Source of the DNA: Bdellovibrionales bacterium
Lineage (GTDB): Bacteria; Bdellovibrionota; Bdellovibrionia; Bdellovibrionales; UBA1609
Assembly: GCA_051011135.1 (NCBI GenBank)
Contig: JBPCUO010000056.1
Span: 44,315-108,314, forward strand
Reading direction: 5' to 3'
DNA length: 64,000 nt
Shown: piece after piece, positions 10,115-20,195 of the stretch
How positions within the stretch are numbered: the stretch's first letter is position 1
How the letters are laid out: each line of letters opens with the position of its first letter
Program-made: the position numbers and the translations under genes
The notes under the pieces: generated by a model
The model's input: only the letters and a program-made list of their open reading frames with translations
Told to the model about the DNA's origin: nothing
Database searches by the model: none

Positions 10115-11145
10115 TTTATAACTTCCTTTTTTAAAAGAAGATCTCTTATTTTAGGATCTATTTGAGTATAAATAATATCAATCATCATATTGATCCCTAT
10201 AATTATAAAAGAAATTAATAGCACTCCTCCTTTAATGACCGGATAATCTCTAGATAAAACAGCTTGGACTAGCCATTGACCCACTCCTGGCCAAGAAAAA
10301 ACTGTCTCAGTTAAAATAGCTCCTGTTAATAAAGTTCCAACTAAAAAACCAATAACTGTTATAATAGGCACTAAAGCATTAACAAAAGCATGATGAAAAA
10401 AAACTTGATAAAAACTAAGTCCCTTACTTTTTGCAGTTCTAATAAAATCCTTAGATAAAGTTTCTAATACACTAGAGCGAGTCATTCTTACAATAAAAGC
10501 AAGTGGTATAGTTCCCAAAACTAAACTTGGAAGTAAGAGATGATTTAAAGCACTTAGGAAAGCCTGCTTACCATCTTCAGAAAACCAAGAATCTATCAAG
10601 TACAAACCTGTAACAAAAGGTATATCATACAAAACACTGACTCTTCCTGAAACAGGAGTTATTCCTAAACCCACAGAAAATATTAATATAAGCATGATTC
10701 CCCACCAAAAAATAGACATAGAAAATCCAAAAAGAGATAAACCTATAATGGAATGATCTAGTAAGGTATTTTTTTTAAAAGCTGCAAAAACCCCTAAAGG
10801 AATGCCCAGAATAAAAGCCCATAATAAAGCAAAAAAAGTAAGTTCAAAAGTTGCTGGAAAATAAGAAAAAAATTCTTTTGAAACGGATTCGCTTGTAACA
10901 ATAGAATGACCAAAATCACCTTGAAAAATAGACTTTAAAAACAGGAGGTATTGCTTCCCTATAGACTTGTCTAAACCCAGAAGAGATCTCATTTCTTGAA
11001 CGGCTTCTACAGATGCTCCTCTTTCTCCTAAAAGAAGTTGAACAGGATCTCCTGGAGTTACATAAAGCAAGCTAAAGGTAACAACAGTAACTGTAAATAA
11101 AGTTGGTAAAATGTATAAGAGTTTACGAATTAAAAAAGATTTCAT
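10111..11145 (-). CDS. Peptide/nickel ABC transporter permease (DppB/OppB-like)
   Basis: Typical DppB N-terminus (IRKLLYILPTLFTVTVVTF) and an EAA-loop-like region (SFYQVFFHHAFVNALVP). Overlaps the next permease by 4 nt. Confidence 0.85.
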   Translation of the reverse strand: MKSFLIRKLLYILPTLFTVTVVTFSLLYVTPGDPVQLLLGERGASVEAVQEMRSLLGLDKSIGKQYLLFLKSIFQGDFGHSIVTSESVSKEFFSYFPATFELTFFALLWAFILGIPLGVFAAFKKNTLLDHSIIGLSLFGFSMSIFWWGIMLILIFSVGLGITPVSGRVSVLYDIPFVTGLYLIDSWFSEDGKQAFLSALNHLLLPSLVLGTIPLAFIVRMTRSSVLETLSKDFIRTAKSKGLSFYQVFFHHAFVNALVPIITVIGFLVGTLLTGAILTETVFSWPGVGQWLVQAVLSRDYPVIKGGVLLISFIIIGINMMIDIIYTQIDPKIRDLLLKKEVIK

Positions 11146-11153
11146 AAAACTAA

Positions 11154-12731
11154 TTAAGGAGAAATGGAAATAGGATAAAATTCTTCTGAACCAAAAAGCG
11201 GTAAAACATAACCCTTAACCCTAGGAGACATCGCTGTAAAACTATAAGAATTTACTAAAGGCACAAAAGGCATTTGTTGATTAAAAATAACTTGAGCTTT
11301 TTTATAGAGTTTTATCTTCCTTTTTTTATCAAAAGATTCAATAGCTTTATTCACAACTTGATCATAATTTTTATCACACCATCTCGATAAATTAGAACCA
11401 GAAGATACCGACTTACAAGAAAGCAATACATATAAAAAGTTACTTGGATCTCCCATATCTGCAATCCAACCACTTTGAATTAAAGCATGTTCTCCTTTAA
11501 TGGCTTTGGAAATATAAGTAGACCAATCATAAGTTTTAAGCTTTACACGAATACCTACTTTTTTTAAATCAGATTGCATGAGCTCTCCCATTTTTTTTCC
11601 ATTGGGATTATAAGGACGAGACACAGGTAAAGTCCAAAGATCAATATCAAAACCTTTTTCATAACCTGCTTCTTTTAAAAGTTTTTTTGCTTTTTGAATA
11701 TTATAACTAGGACTCTTTATTTTTTTATTATAGCCCCATAAATTGGGAGGGAGAGGAGTATGCGCTAATTGCCCCATTCCTTTATAAATAGCTTTTATAT
11801 AAAAGGGACGATTCAAAGAATGAGCAATGGCTTGTCTTACTTTAACCTTCCTTAATATAGGATGCTCTACATTCATCCCTAAATAAGCCAGATTATAAGT
11901 TGTGTTTTGAACAACTTTTATCTCCTTATTTTTTTTCATTAAAGGAAGATCTGTTGGTTGAGGATGAGATATAATATGACATTCTTTTCTTTTTAGTTTT
12001 TGAAAACGAACTGTAGGATCGGGAGTGATTGCAAAAATAATTTTATTTAACGAAGCAGGGCCTAAAAAATATTTATTATTTCTTTCATATCTTATTAAAT
12101 TACTTTTTACATATTTTTTTAAAACAAAAGGGCCTGTTCCTACTGGTTTAAAATCAATATCTCTCTTTTTATTTTTTTTCATTAACCAATCTCCATACTC
12201 TTTAGAAAGAATAACAGAAAATTCCATAGCTAAATATTGTAAAAAAAGAGGGGAAGGTTTTTTTAAAACAAACTGGATTTTATGCTGATTTATTTTTTTA
12301 ATATCTACCAGAAGATTTTGCAAGTTAAGAGATTTAAAATATTTATAACCTCCTCCATTCACTTGATGATAAGGATGTGAAGCTAATCTTTGACGATTAA
12401 AAGTAAATAGCACATCATCCGCTCCGAAAAATCTAGTGGGTTTAAAGTCTTTTTGATGAGAAAAAGAAACACCTTTTTTTAAATAAAAAGTATAGGTTTT
12501 TTTATTTTTAGAAAGAGACCAACGCTCAGCGAGATGAGGCTGAACGACTCCTTTTTTTAAATCAAATTTCAAAAGTCGATCATAAAGAAAAGTACTGGCA
12601 TTAAAAGTAGTCCCGCTAATAGACATTTGAGGATTAAAATAATCAGGATTAGATTCAGAGCAATAAATTAAACTTGAAGAAAAAGCATAGGGATTAAAAA
12701 AAATAAAACTAAAGATAAAAAAAATTTTCAT
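11154..12731 (-). CDS. ABC transporter substrate-binding protein, family 5 (DppA/OppA-like)
   Basis: 525 aa with a signal peptide and the length and motif pattern of SBP_bac_5 proteins. First gene of the permease cluster. Confidence 0.8.
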   Translation of the reverse strand: MKIFFIFSFIFFNPYAFSSSLIYCSESNPDYFNPQMSISGTTFNASTFLYDRLLKFDLKKGVVQPHLAERWSLSKNKKTYTFYLKKGVSFSHQKDFKPTRFFGADDVLFTFNRQRLASHPYHQVNGGGYKYFKSLNLQNLLVDIKKINQHKIQFVLKKPSPLFLQYLAMEFSVILSKEYGDWLMKKNKKRDIDFKPVGTGPFVLKKYVKSNLIRYERNNKYFLGPASLNKIIFAITPDPTVRFQKLKRKECHIISHPQPTDLPLMKKNKEIKVVQNTTYNLAYLGMNVEHPILRKVKVRQAIAHSLNRPFYIKAIYKGMGQLAHTPLPPNLWGYNKKIKSPSYNIQKAKKLLKEAGYEKGFDIDLWTLPVSRPYNPNGKKMGELMQSDLKKVGIRVKLKTYDWSTYISKAIKGEHALIQSGWIADMGDPSNFLYVLLSCKSVSSGSNLSRWCDKNYDQVVNKAIESFDKKRKIKLYKKAQVIFNQQMPFVPLVNSYSFTAMSPRVKGYVLPLFGSEEFYPISISP

Positions 12732-13441
12732 TTTGCTGGCCTCTTTGTTTTATCATTTATCAAATGAGCAGACCAATCAATAGGTTTTATTCCTTTTGAT
12801 TGTAAATAATGATTAGCCTTTGAAAAATGACGACATCCAAAAAAACCTCTATCTGCTGAAAAGGGCGAAGGATGAGCAGATTGTAAAACACAATGTTTTT
12901 TTGAATCTATTAAACTTCCTTTTTCCTGAGCAGCCTTTCCCCATAAAATAAAAACTAAGTTCTCCTTTTCTGTATTAAGAATATGAATAATTTGATTTGT
13001 AAATTGCTCCCAACCCCTGCCTCTATGAGAACCTGCTTTTCCCGCTTCTACTGTTAAAGTATTATTTAACAATAGAACACCCTGTCTGGCCCATTCTTCC
13101 AAGCAGCCATGCATCGATATAGGAATATCTAAATCCTCCTTGATTTCTTTGTAAATATTCAAAAGGGATCGCGGTATAGGCACCCCTAAAGGAACAGAAA
13201 AACTCAAACCATGAGCTTGGTTAGGGCCATGATAAGGATCTTGACCTATAATAACAATTTTGACATTTGTAAAACTTGTGATATCTAAAGCTCGAAATCT
13301 GGCATTTTCCTTAGGATAAATAGTTTTTTTCTTCTTTAGCTCATCATCGAGAAAAGATCTTAAATTCTTCATGTAAGATTTATTAAACTCAGAAATCAAT
13401 CTTGATTTCCAAGAAGGATTTATAATAATTTGACTCGACAT
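12728..13441 (-). CDS. ung: Uracil-DNA glycosylase (family 1)
   Basis: Catalytic water-activating loop GQDPYHGPNQAHGLSFSV and HPSPFSA motif. Its stop overlaps the SBP start by 4 nt. Confidence 0.95.
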   Translation of the reverse strand: MSSQIIINPSWKSRLISEFNKSYMKNLRSFLDDELKKKKTIYPKENARFRALDITSFTNVKIVIIGQDPYHGPNQAHGLSFSVPLGVPIPRSLLNIYKEIKEDLDIPISMHGCLEEWARQGVLLLNNTLTVEAGKAGSHRGRGWEQFTNQIIHILNTEKENLVFILWGKAAQEKGSLIDSKKHCVLQSAHPSPFSADRGFFGCRHFSKANHYLQSKGIKPIDWSAHLINDKTKRPAK

Positions 13442-13470
13442 AAATAAAAACTCCTTTTTTAATATAGTCC

Positions 13471-14079
13471 ATGAATCCGTTAAAAAAAAGTTTTTTTACT
13501 CAAGACACTATTGAAGTAGCAAGGCAATTATTAGGCTGCTATTTAATAAGAAAAATAAAAAACAATTTGTTCCTTCGAGGAAAAATTGTAGAAACTGAAG
13601 CTTATTTAGGAATCCAAGACTCTTGTTGTCATAGCTATAATGGTCTTTATACTGATCGCACAAAAACTATGTATCTTGAAGGAGGGCATGCTTATATTTA
13701 TTTCACTTATGGAATGTATCATTGTTTTAACATAGTAACTGCCAAAAAACAGGAGCCTGAAGCTGTCCTTATTCGGGCCTTAGAGCCTATTGAAGGATTG
13801 GAAATTATGAAAAAAAATAGAAAAAAACTGGATCTTGAACAGCTTACAAATGGGCCAGGGAAATTATGCCAAGCTTTAGACATTACAAAGAATTTTAATG
13901 GAATCGATTTATCATCTTCCTCGGATCTTTATATAGAACAAGGAGAAAAAGTCTCAGAAAATGATATTTCTACTGATATGCGCATAGGCCTTTCCCCTCA
14001 TAAAGAAGCTTGTTATTGGCCTCTTAGATTTTTTTTAAACAATAATGAAGCTGTTTCTATCAAGAAACATTTGATGTAA
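13471..14079 (+). CDS. mpg: DNA-3-methyladenine glycosylase (Mpg/AAG family)
   Basis: N-terminal FFTQDTIEVARQLLGCYL, the ETEAYLG motif and a 202-aa length typical of bacterial AAG homologues. Confidence 0.85.
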   Translation: MNPLKKSFFTQDTIEVARQLLGCYLIRKIKNNLFLRGKIVETEAYLGIQDSCCHSYNGLYTDRTKTMYLEGGHAYIYFTYGMYHCFNIVTAKKQEPEAVLIRALEPIEGLEIMKKNRKKLDLEQLTNGPGKLCQALDITKNFNGIDLSSSSDLYIEQGEKVSENDISTDMRIGLSPHKEACYWPLRFFLNNNEAVSIKKHLM

Positions 14080-14108
14080 TGACGGGGATTTTATACAATA
14101 AATTTTAA

Positions 14109-15479
14109 ATGTTTCTTCTTAAAAAAAATCTGCTCTTAATCCTTTGTTTCTTTTCAAACCTTTGCTTTAGTAAAATTTATATCAATATTGATTCTCCTAA
14201 AGTTGAAAAAAGCATCATTGCTCTTTCTCCTTTTATTTCAAAAAATACCACGACTCAAAAAGGAGATTTAAAATTAGAAAAAAATCTTAATAAAGATCTC
14301 CATACAAATATAAAATTTTCTAGTTATTTTAAAATATTATCTAAAAAAGCTTTTATTGAAAACCCTTTAGAAGTTTCCTCTCGTCCTTACCCTGAAGATG
14401 CTCGTGGATTTCGTTGGAAGAATTGGAAATTAAGTGGAGCTGATTTTCTTTTATTTGGTTCCTACTCTACTGAAAATTCTCGTTTAATTCTAGATATATC
14501 CTTTTATAATATTAATTCACAAAAAAAAGTTTTTCAAAAAAGATATCAAGCCAAAAAATCGAAAGCTAAATCATTAATAGATACACTTTCAAATGATATC
14601 GTAGAAAAATTAAGTGGAAAAAAAGGAATCTTTAAAACAAAAATTGCAAGCATTAGAAATGTTTCTCGATCTAAAAAAGAGCTTTTTCTTATGAATTGGG
14701 ATGGTCGTCAAAAGGAAAGATTAAGCTACCATAGATCTATTGTTCTTTCGCCTTCTTGGTCTAAAGATGGAAAAAATATTTCTTATACAGCTTTTGTCTA
14801 TAACACAAAATTAAAAAGACGAATGACAGCTCTTTTTCTTTTAAATTTATCCAGCAATAAAATTAAACTTTTATCCAATAGAAAAGGTGCAAATTTAGGA
14901 GCTGATTTTTTTCCAAATAGAAAAGACATGTTAATCACTTTAAGCTCAGGAATAGGGTTTATGGATATTTTTAAAATTAATCTTTCCTCTCTTTCTATCA
15001 AGCCGATTACAAAAGGACCTCCAGGTATTATTAATGTAGAACCTTCTATTCACCCTAAAAAGAAATGGATTGCTTTTTCTTCAGATAGAAATGGAAAAAC
15101 AATGATTTATACTATGAAAGCAGCAGGATCAGAGATAAAACAAATTACTTTTGCTGGACATCACAACTCTACTCCCGATTGGAATCCTCAAAATGATGAG
15201 ATTGTTTTTTCTGGCCAATCTAATAAAAGATTTGATTTGTTTACTGTTCGATCTAATGGAACCGGTTTGCGAAGGTTAACAAGCTTAAAAAGATCCAACG
15301 GAACATGGGCTAACTGCGAATCTCCTAGCTTTTCTCCTGATGGAAGATTCATCGTTTTTACTAGTGATTTATCGGGAACCTATCAACTCTATATAATGAA
15401 TGTTGATGATCTTTCTATTGAAAGAATTACTTTTGATCGCTATAATTACAAATCTCCAAAATGGTCTCCTTACCTATAA
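14109..15479 (+). CDS. tolB: TolB-like periplasmic beta-propeller protein
   Basis: Signal peptide, TolB-type N-terminal domain and repeated PD40/WD40-like blades (SPSWSKDG, FSSDRNG, PDWNP, SPSFSPDG, FTSD). Confidence 0.75.
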   Translation: MFLLKKNLLLILCFFSNLCFSKIYINIDSPKVEKSIIALSPFISKNTTTQKGDLKLEKNLNKDLHTNIKFSSYFKILSKKAFIENPLEVSSRPYPEDARGFRWKNWKLSGADFLLFGSYSTENSRLILDISFYNINSQKKVFQKRYQAKKSKAKSLIDTLSNDIVEKLSGKKGIFKTKIASIRNVSRSKKELFLMNWDGRQKERLSYHRSIVLSPSWSKDGKNISYTAFVYNTKLKRRMTALFLLNLSSNKIKLLSNRKGANLGADFFPNRKDMLITLSSGIGFMDIFKINLSSLSIKPITKGPPGIINVEPSIHPKKKWIAFSSDRNGKTMIYTMKAAGSEIKQITFAGHHNSTPDWNPQNDEIVFSGQSNKRFDLFTVRSNGTGLRRLTSLKRSNGTWANCESPSFSPDGRFIVFTSDLSGTYQLYIMNVDDLSIERITFDRYNYKSPKWSPYL

Positions 15480-16492
15480 ATCTTGCAAACTATATAAAAA
15501 AAGAAAACCCTTTTTTTCTGGCTCCTATGGCAGGAGTAACAGATCATCCCTTTCGCTGCTTTATGAAAGAAATGGGTTGTGGAATTATAACTACAGAACT
15601 TATTTCTGTAAGAGCTCTTGAAAATCATAATAACAAAACACAACAACTTATGAAATATGATAAGATTCAAAGACCTCTTGGAATCCAAATTTTTGGAGAA
15701 GATCCTGAAAAATTTAAAACAGCGGTTCAAAAACTTGAAGAAGAATATCAGCCAGATTTTATAGATTTAAATCTGGGATGTCCTGTTAATAAAATTGTTA
15801 AAAAGGGAGCTGGATCTGCTCTCTTAAAAGATTTAAATTCTCTTTCTAAAATTCTAAATACTATGAGAAAAAATTGCTCCCTACCTTTATCTTTAAAAAT
15901 AAGAACAGGATGGGATGAAAAAAATCTCAATGCAGATCAAGTGGCTCATCTGGCTTACAATGAAGGCTTTTCTTGGATGACTATTCATGGAAGAACAAGA
16001 GCTCAAGCTTATTCTGGAAAAGCAGATTGGAACTATATAAAAAAAATAAAAGAAACATCTCCCTTACCTATTATAGGAAATGGAGATATAACTTCTGCTT
16101 TAAAAGCTCAAGAAGCTTTAAAGTTTAGTCAATGTGATGGAATAATGATTGGAAGAGGCTGTTTAAATAATCCTTGGATCTTTTTAGAATCCCTTAACAA
16201 GCTTCAAAAAAAGGATGATAAAATTAATAAAGATTATTTATCTATTATTTTAAAACTAAAGGTCCATTTAGAAAATTTTTATGATGAACGGGTCTTTTTA
16301 TTACAAATGAAAAAATTTGCAGCTTGGTTCTCTGCAGGTTTTCCTGATTCTACTGAATTTAGAAAAAATCTATTTTTAGAAAAAGACTCAAAGCAAGTTA
16401 TGCAAAAAATTGAAGATTACTTTATAAATTATAAAGACTTTGAAAAAAAAGAACCAGAATATGAGCCTTTTTTAATGCAAGGACATGGTTAA
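15461..16492 (+). CDS. dusB: tRNA-dihydrouridine synthase
   Basis: Motifs FFLAPMAGVTDHPFR, DLNLGCP and IHGRT. The track start overlaps the tolB end, so the exact start is uncertain. Confidence 0.9.
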   Translation: MVSLPINLANYIKKENPFFLAPMAGVTDHPFRCFMKEMGCGIITTELISVRALENHNNKTQQLMKYDKIQRPLGIQIFGEDPEKFKTAVQKLEEEYQPDFIDLNLGCPVNKIVKKGAGSALLKDLNSLSKILNTMRKNCSLPLSLKIRTGWDEKNLNADQVAHLAYNEGFSWMTIHGRTRAQAYSGKADWNYIKKIKETSPLPIIGNGDITSALKAQEALKFSQCDGIMIGRGCLNNPWIFLESLNKLQKKDDKINKDYLSIILKLKVHLENFYDERVFLLQMKKFAAWFSAGFPDSTEFRKNLFLEKDSKQVMQKIEDYFINYKDFEKKEPEYEPFLMQGHG

Positions 16493-16551
16493 AATAAGAT
16501 TTATCTTTATTTTTTAATGCCTCGTTTTTATACTAATCCTAGGGAGAGATA

Positions 16552-18264
16552 ATGTTTTTTCAAATACCAAGACATCTCAAAAAATACTTAGTTCCTCAAA
16601 ATTACAAAAAATACACACCAGAAGACCAAGCTGTTTGGAGATATATTATGAAAGGCATCCAGCACTCAATGTCTCTTTATGGGCAAAAAGGATGTCTGTC
16701 AGGAATGAAAAGAACAGATATCACTTTTGAAAAAATACCCAGAATTTCAAATATAAATAAGCAATTAAAAAAACTGGGATGGAGAGCTGTTACTGTTAGT
16801 GGATTTATACCTCCTAAAGCTTTTATGGAATTTCAACTTAATGGTATTTTACCTATTGCTTCTGAAATAAGATCCATCAACCACATTTCTTATACTCCAG
16901 CACCCGATATTGTTCATGAAGCCGCAGGACATGTTCCTTTTTTGATTCATAAAAAATACAGTGACTTTCTTAAGCAATATGCAAAAACAGTATTGAAATC
17001 AATTTCCAGTATTGAAGATCGAAATTTATATCTAGCGATTAGAGAATTAAGTGATTTAAAAGAAAATCCTAAATCTACAAATCTCCAAATAAAAAAAGCT
17101 CTTAAAAAATTACAATTAACTCAAAAAAATATTTCTTATATTAGCGAATCTTCTTATCTCTCTCGATTTATTTGGTGGACTTCAGAATACGGATTGATGG
17201 GAGATTTAAAAAATCCTAAAATTTATGGAGCAGGCCTGATTTCCTCTATTAAAGAAGCTCATCGAATTAATAAAACAAAAAAACTATGGTTAAGCAAAGA
17301 TTGTTTAAATTATCCTTTTGATATTACAAAAGTACAGCCACAATATTTTGTGGCTAAAAATTTCTCTCATCTTCTAGAGGTTTTAAATGAAATTACCGAA
17401 ACTCTTTCTTGGAAAAGAGGTGGTATTTATGGCACCCAACAAGCTATAAAATCTAAAACTATTAATACCGTTGAATTTGATAATCATCTACAACTCTCTG
17501 GTATTGTTGAAGACATGCTTACTTATAAAAAGAATATAGTATTTCTAAAACTATCAGGACCTAGTCAAATTTCTTATAAAAATAAACAACTGTCTGGGCA
17601 TGGCAAATCTTATCATAGTCATGGCTATAGCACTCCTTTGAGAATCATTTCAAAAAATAAAAAACCTTTTCATTTATGGAATCATCAAAATTTAAAAAAA
17701 GAAGGTTTAATCCTAGGCAAAAAAGCTCACTTATGTTTTGAAAACCATATTCATCTCGAGGGAGAGGTTATAAAATTTTTAAGAAAAGATAATCATCTAT
17801 TAATTATTACTTTTAAAAATTGTCTTGTTAAAAAAGGAAATAAAATTCTTTTTCATCCTAGTTGGGGTTTATTTGATTTGATAACAGGGACAGGGATAAA
17901 ATCTGTGTTTTCAGGAGTGGCAGATTCTAGATCTTGCAAAATAAAAGATGATTTTAAACCCTCTAAAGTTCCTCATAAAAGATATACTAAGAGACAAAAA
18001 CAAGTATGTAAAATTTATAAAAAAATCGAGGGACTCAAAAATAAAAAACCTTCCAAAAAGCAGGAGCAATTATTCAATCAATTATTAAAACCAGTAAAAA
18101 AGCAGGGTGCATGGCTGCTGACTTTAGAGTTTTTAGAGTTGGTACAAAACTATACTGCTGTTAAAAAAGAAGCCTTAAGATATATAAAAATACTTATAAA
18201 AAAATCTCCTAAAGAGATAAAAAAATATATCCTCCAGGGGCTTCCTTTCTATAAGCAAAAATAA
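16552..18264 (+). CDS. Aromatic amino acid hydroxylase-like protein (PAH family core) with a ~290-aa C-terminal extension
   Basis: Iron ligands in canonical contexts (PDIVHEAAGHVPFL and WWTSEYGL) plus YGAGLISS. Residues from ~285 to 570 carry no motif I recognise. Confidence 0.75.
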   Translation: MFFQIPRHLKKYLVPQNYKKYTPEDQAVWRYIMKGIQHSMSLYGQKGCLSGMKRTDITFEKIPRISNINKQLKKLGWRAVTVSGFIPPKAFMEFQLNGILPIASEIRSINHISYTPAPDIVHEAAGHVPFLIHKKYSDFLKQYAKTVLKSISSIEDRNLYLAIRELSDLKENPKSTNLQIKKALKKLQLTQKNISYISESSYLSRFIWWTSEYGLMGDLKNPKIYGAGLISSIKEAHRINKTKKLWLSKDCLNYPFDITKVQPQYFVAKNFSHLLEVLNEITETLSWKRGGIYGTQQAIKSKTINTVEFDNHLQLSGIVEDMLTYKKNIVFLKLSGPSQISYKNKQLSGHGKSYHSHGYSTPLRIISKNKKPFHLWNHQNLKKEGLILGKKAHLCFENHIHLEGEVIKFLRKDNHLLIITFKNCLVKKGNKILFHPSWGLFDLITGTGIKSVFSGVADSRSCKIKDDFKPSKVPHKRYTKRQKQVCKIYKKIEGLKNKKPSKKQEQLFNQLLKPVKKQGAWLLTLEFLELVQNYTAVKKEALRYIKILIKKSPKEIKKYILQGLPFYKQK

Positions 18265-18292
18265 ACCTTTCTTTTCAGAAAGGTTTATTTGT
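18263..18292. terminator. Bidirectional intrinsic terminator between convergent genes
   Basis: A 9-bp stem (AAACCTTTC / GAAAGGTTT) with a 6-nt loop starts at the stop codon of the hydroxylase gene. It is A-rich on the left and T-rich on the right. Confidence 0.6.
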
Positions 18293-18313
18293 TAATTGTA
18301 AAATTTTAAATTT

Positions 18314-18781
18314 TTAAATACGACAGTTTTCTTTTACTTCTTTTAATTTATTAGCTTCTTCTGAAGAAATACCATCTCGAAGACCAGATACAAAATTTTC
18401 TACATTGTTTCTAGTTAATGAATCCCAATTTGCAGATTTAGTAATAGCCATTGCTAAACTATCAATTCCTTCTTGAGTAAGTTCACCATCTTTTTTATAA
18501 GCCACTTCCGCTAAGTGATTAAAACTATTATTAACTGTTTGCTCTGTATCTTTTCCCATAGATGAAGTTCCAAGATCGTGATTAACAGAAGACCAAACTT
18601 CTCCACTTAAAGCACCAGAACTTAAAATAACAGCACTTGCTCCTAAAATTTGTTTGGTTTTTGGATTTAATTGAAAAGCCTTTTTTGGGCTTTTAACTAC
18701 GCTTTTTGGTCTAACTGCTCTTGCTTGAGAAAGCATAGGCATTAAACTTAAAAAAACAATTGATATTAATACATTTTTCAT
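18314..18781 (-). CDS. Hypothetical secreted protein
   Basis: 155 aa with a signal peptide (MKNVLISIVFLSLMPMLSQARA). No recognisable motif. Confidence 0.55.
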   Translation of the reverse strand: MKNVLISIVFLSLMPMLSQARAVRPKSVVKSPKKAFQLNPKTKQILGASAVILSSGALSGEVWSSVNHDLGTSSMGKDTEQTVNNSFNHLAEVAYKKDGELTQEGIDSLAMAITKSANWDSLTRNNVENFVSGLRDGISSEEANKLKEVKENCRI

Positions 18782-18908
18782 AATCTCTCCTCTTTGTTAT
18801 TTGTTTTCAATTCCTTGAAGATTTTTATATTATAAAACTCTAAAATTGTCCAAAAAAATACAGAAAAAGTGAATTTATTACAAATAATTCGGGCAATAGC
18901 TGCTTTTT

Positions 18909-20195
18909 TTAAAGTTTCTTTCCTGATTTAAAACAGATTTCTTTTACAGGAATTTGCAGATTATAAGAATTAGACATTACATAACCATAAGCTCCTGCAT
19001 CAGCGATCGCTAGCCAATCTCCCGATTTGACAGGTGTTAAAGGATATTTTTCAACAAAGGTATCTCCTGTTTCACAAATAGGCCCTACCACATCATAAAA
19101 CTCACTTTTCTGATTAAAATTTAATGAAAAAGGCAGGACTCTATGGCGACTTTTATACAAAGCAGGCCTTAAAAAATGATTCATTCCACTGTTTAAAATA
19201 ATAAATTTTTTATTATAAGTTTTTTTCACATACTCTATTTTTGAACAAAGAAGGCCAAATCGAGCGACTAAAAATCTTCCTGGCTCTATCAAAATCTCTC
19301 CTGGAAACCCAGTAAAAAGAGTTTGAAAATTTTCTCCAAATTTTTTTAAAAGTAATTTATCACTTTCAAAATCTTTTTTACTATAATCAACACCTAAACC
19401 ACCACCAATATCTAAAACCTTTAAAGATATAAATTCTTTTTTTAAATCTTCAAAGATATTCTTTATATTTCTTATCGCTTGATACAAGGGGTTTAAATCA
19501 AAAATTTGAGATCCTAAATGCATGCTTAAACCTTGGAATTGAATTTCTTTTTTATGCAATCGAATGAGTTGCAAAATTTGAGGCAAATCCTGTTTATCTA
19601 TTCCAAATTTATGGCCTACTAAACCTGTTTTAATATAAGGATGAGATTCAAAATCTACATTAGGATTTAATCTCAACCCTATCACTGCCTGCTTTTTTAA
19701 TTTTTTAGAAATTTGAATAATTCTTTGTAATTCTTCAAAACTTTCTACATTGATTTGAAAAAAATTTTTCGAGATAGCCATTTCTAACTCTTCTTCACTT
19801 TTAGCAACTCCAGAAAATATAATTTTCTCAGGAGCAAAACCAACTTCCTCTGCGAGACGAGCCTCTCCTCCGGACACAACATCTACTCCACTTCCTAAGG
19901 AATTAAAAGTTTTTAAAACATGTTTATTGCTATTTGCTTTCATTGCAAAATAAACTTTTAATTGATCAGAAGTTTGATTTAAAAACTCCTGATACCAGGC
20001 TTTCATACCTTCTAAATCGTAAATATAAAAAGGAGTTTTTTCTTTTTGAGCCAGATCTTCTAGATGCAAAATAGATTCTCCTTGCTCTAAAACTAATTGA
20101 TCTTTTATATACTTAAACAATTGTTTTTCCCTATTTTGATAATTGAAATTCTGAATGAAGAGCTTGAGCGACTTTCTTAAGATGATCCTGATCAA
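18909..20195 (-). CDS. lysA: Diaminopimelate decarboxylase
   Basis: PLP-lysine context YFAMKANS, plus EPGRFLV and CETGD motifs. The track ATG overlaps lysC by 65 nt. An alternative TTG at 20120, 12 nt after the lysC stop, would give a 402-aa protein starting at FKYIKDQL. Confidence 0.9.
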   Translation of the reverse strand: MIRIILRKSLKLFIQNFNYQNREKQLFKYIKDQLVLEQGESILHLEDLAQKEKTPFYIYDLEGMKAWYQEFLNQTSDQLKVYFAMKANSNKHVLKTFNSLGSGVDVVSGGEARLAEEVGFAPEKIIFSGVAKSEEELEMAISKNFFQINVESFEELQRIIQISKKLKKQAVIGLRLNPNVDFESHPYIKTGLVGHKFGIDKQDLPQILQLIRLHKKEIQFQGLSMHLGSQIFDLNPLYQAIRNIKNIFEDLKKEFISLKVLDIGGGLGVDYSKKDFESDKLLLKKFGENFQTLFTGFPGEILIEPGRFLVARFGLLCSKIEYVKKTYNKKFIILNSGMNHFLRPALYKSRHRVLPFSLNFNQKSEFYDVVGPICETGDTFVEKYPLTPVKSGDWLAIADAGAYGYVMSNSYNLQIPVKEICFKSGKKL

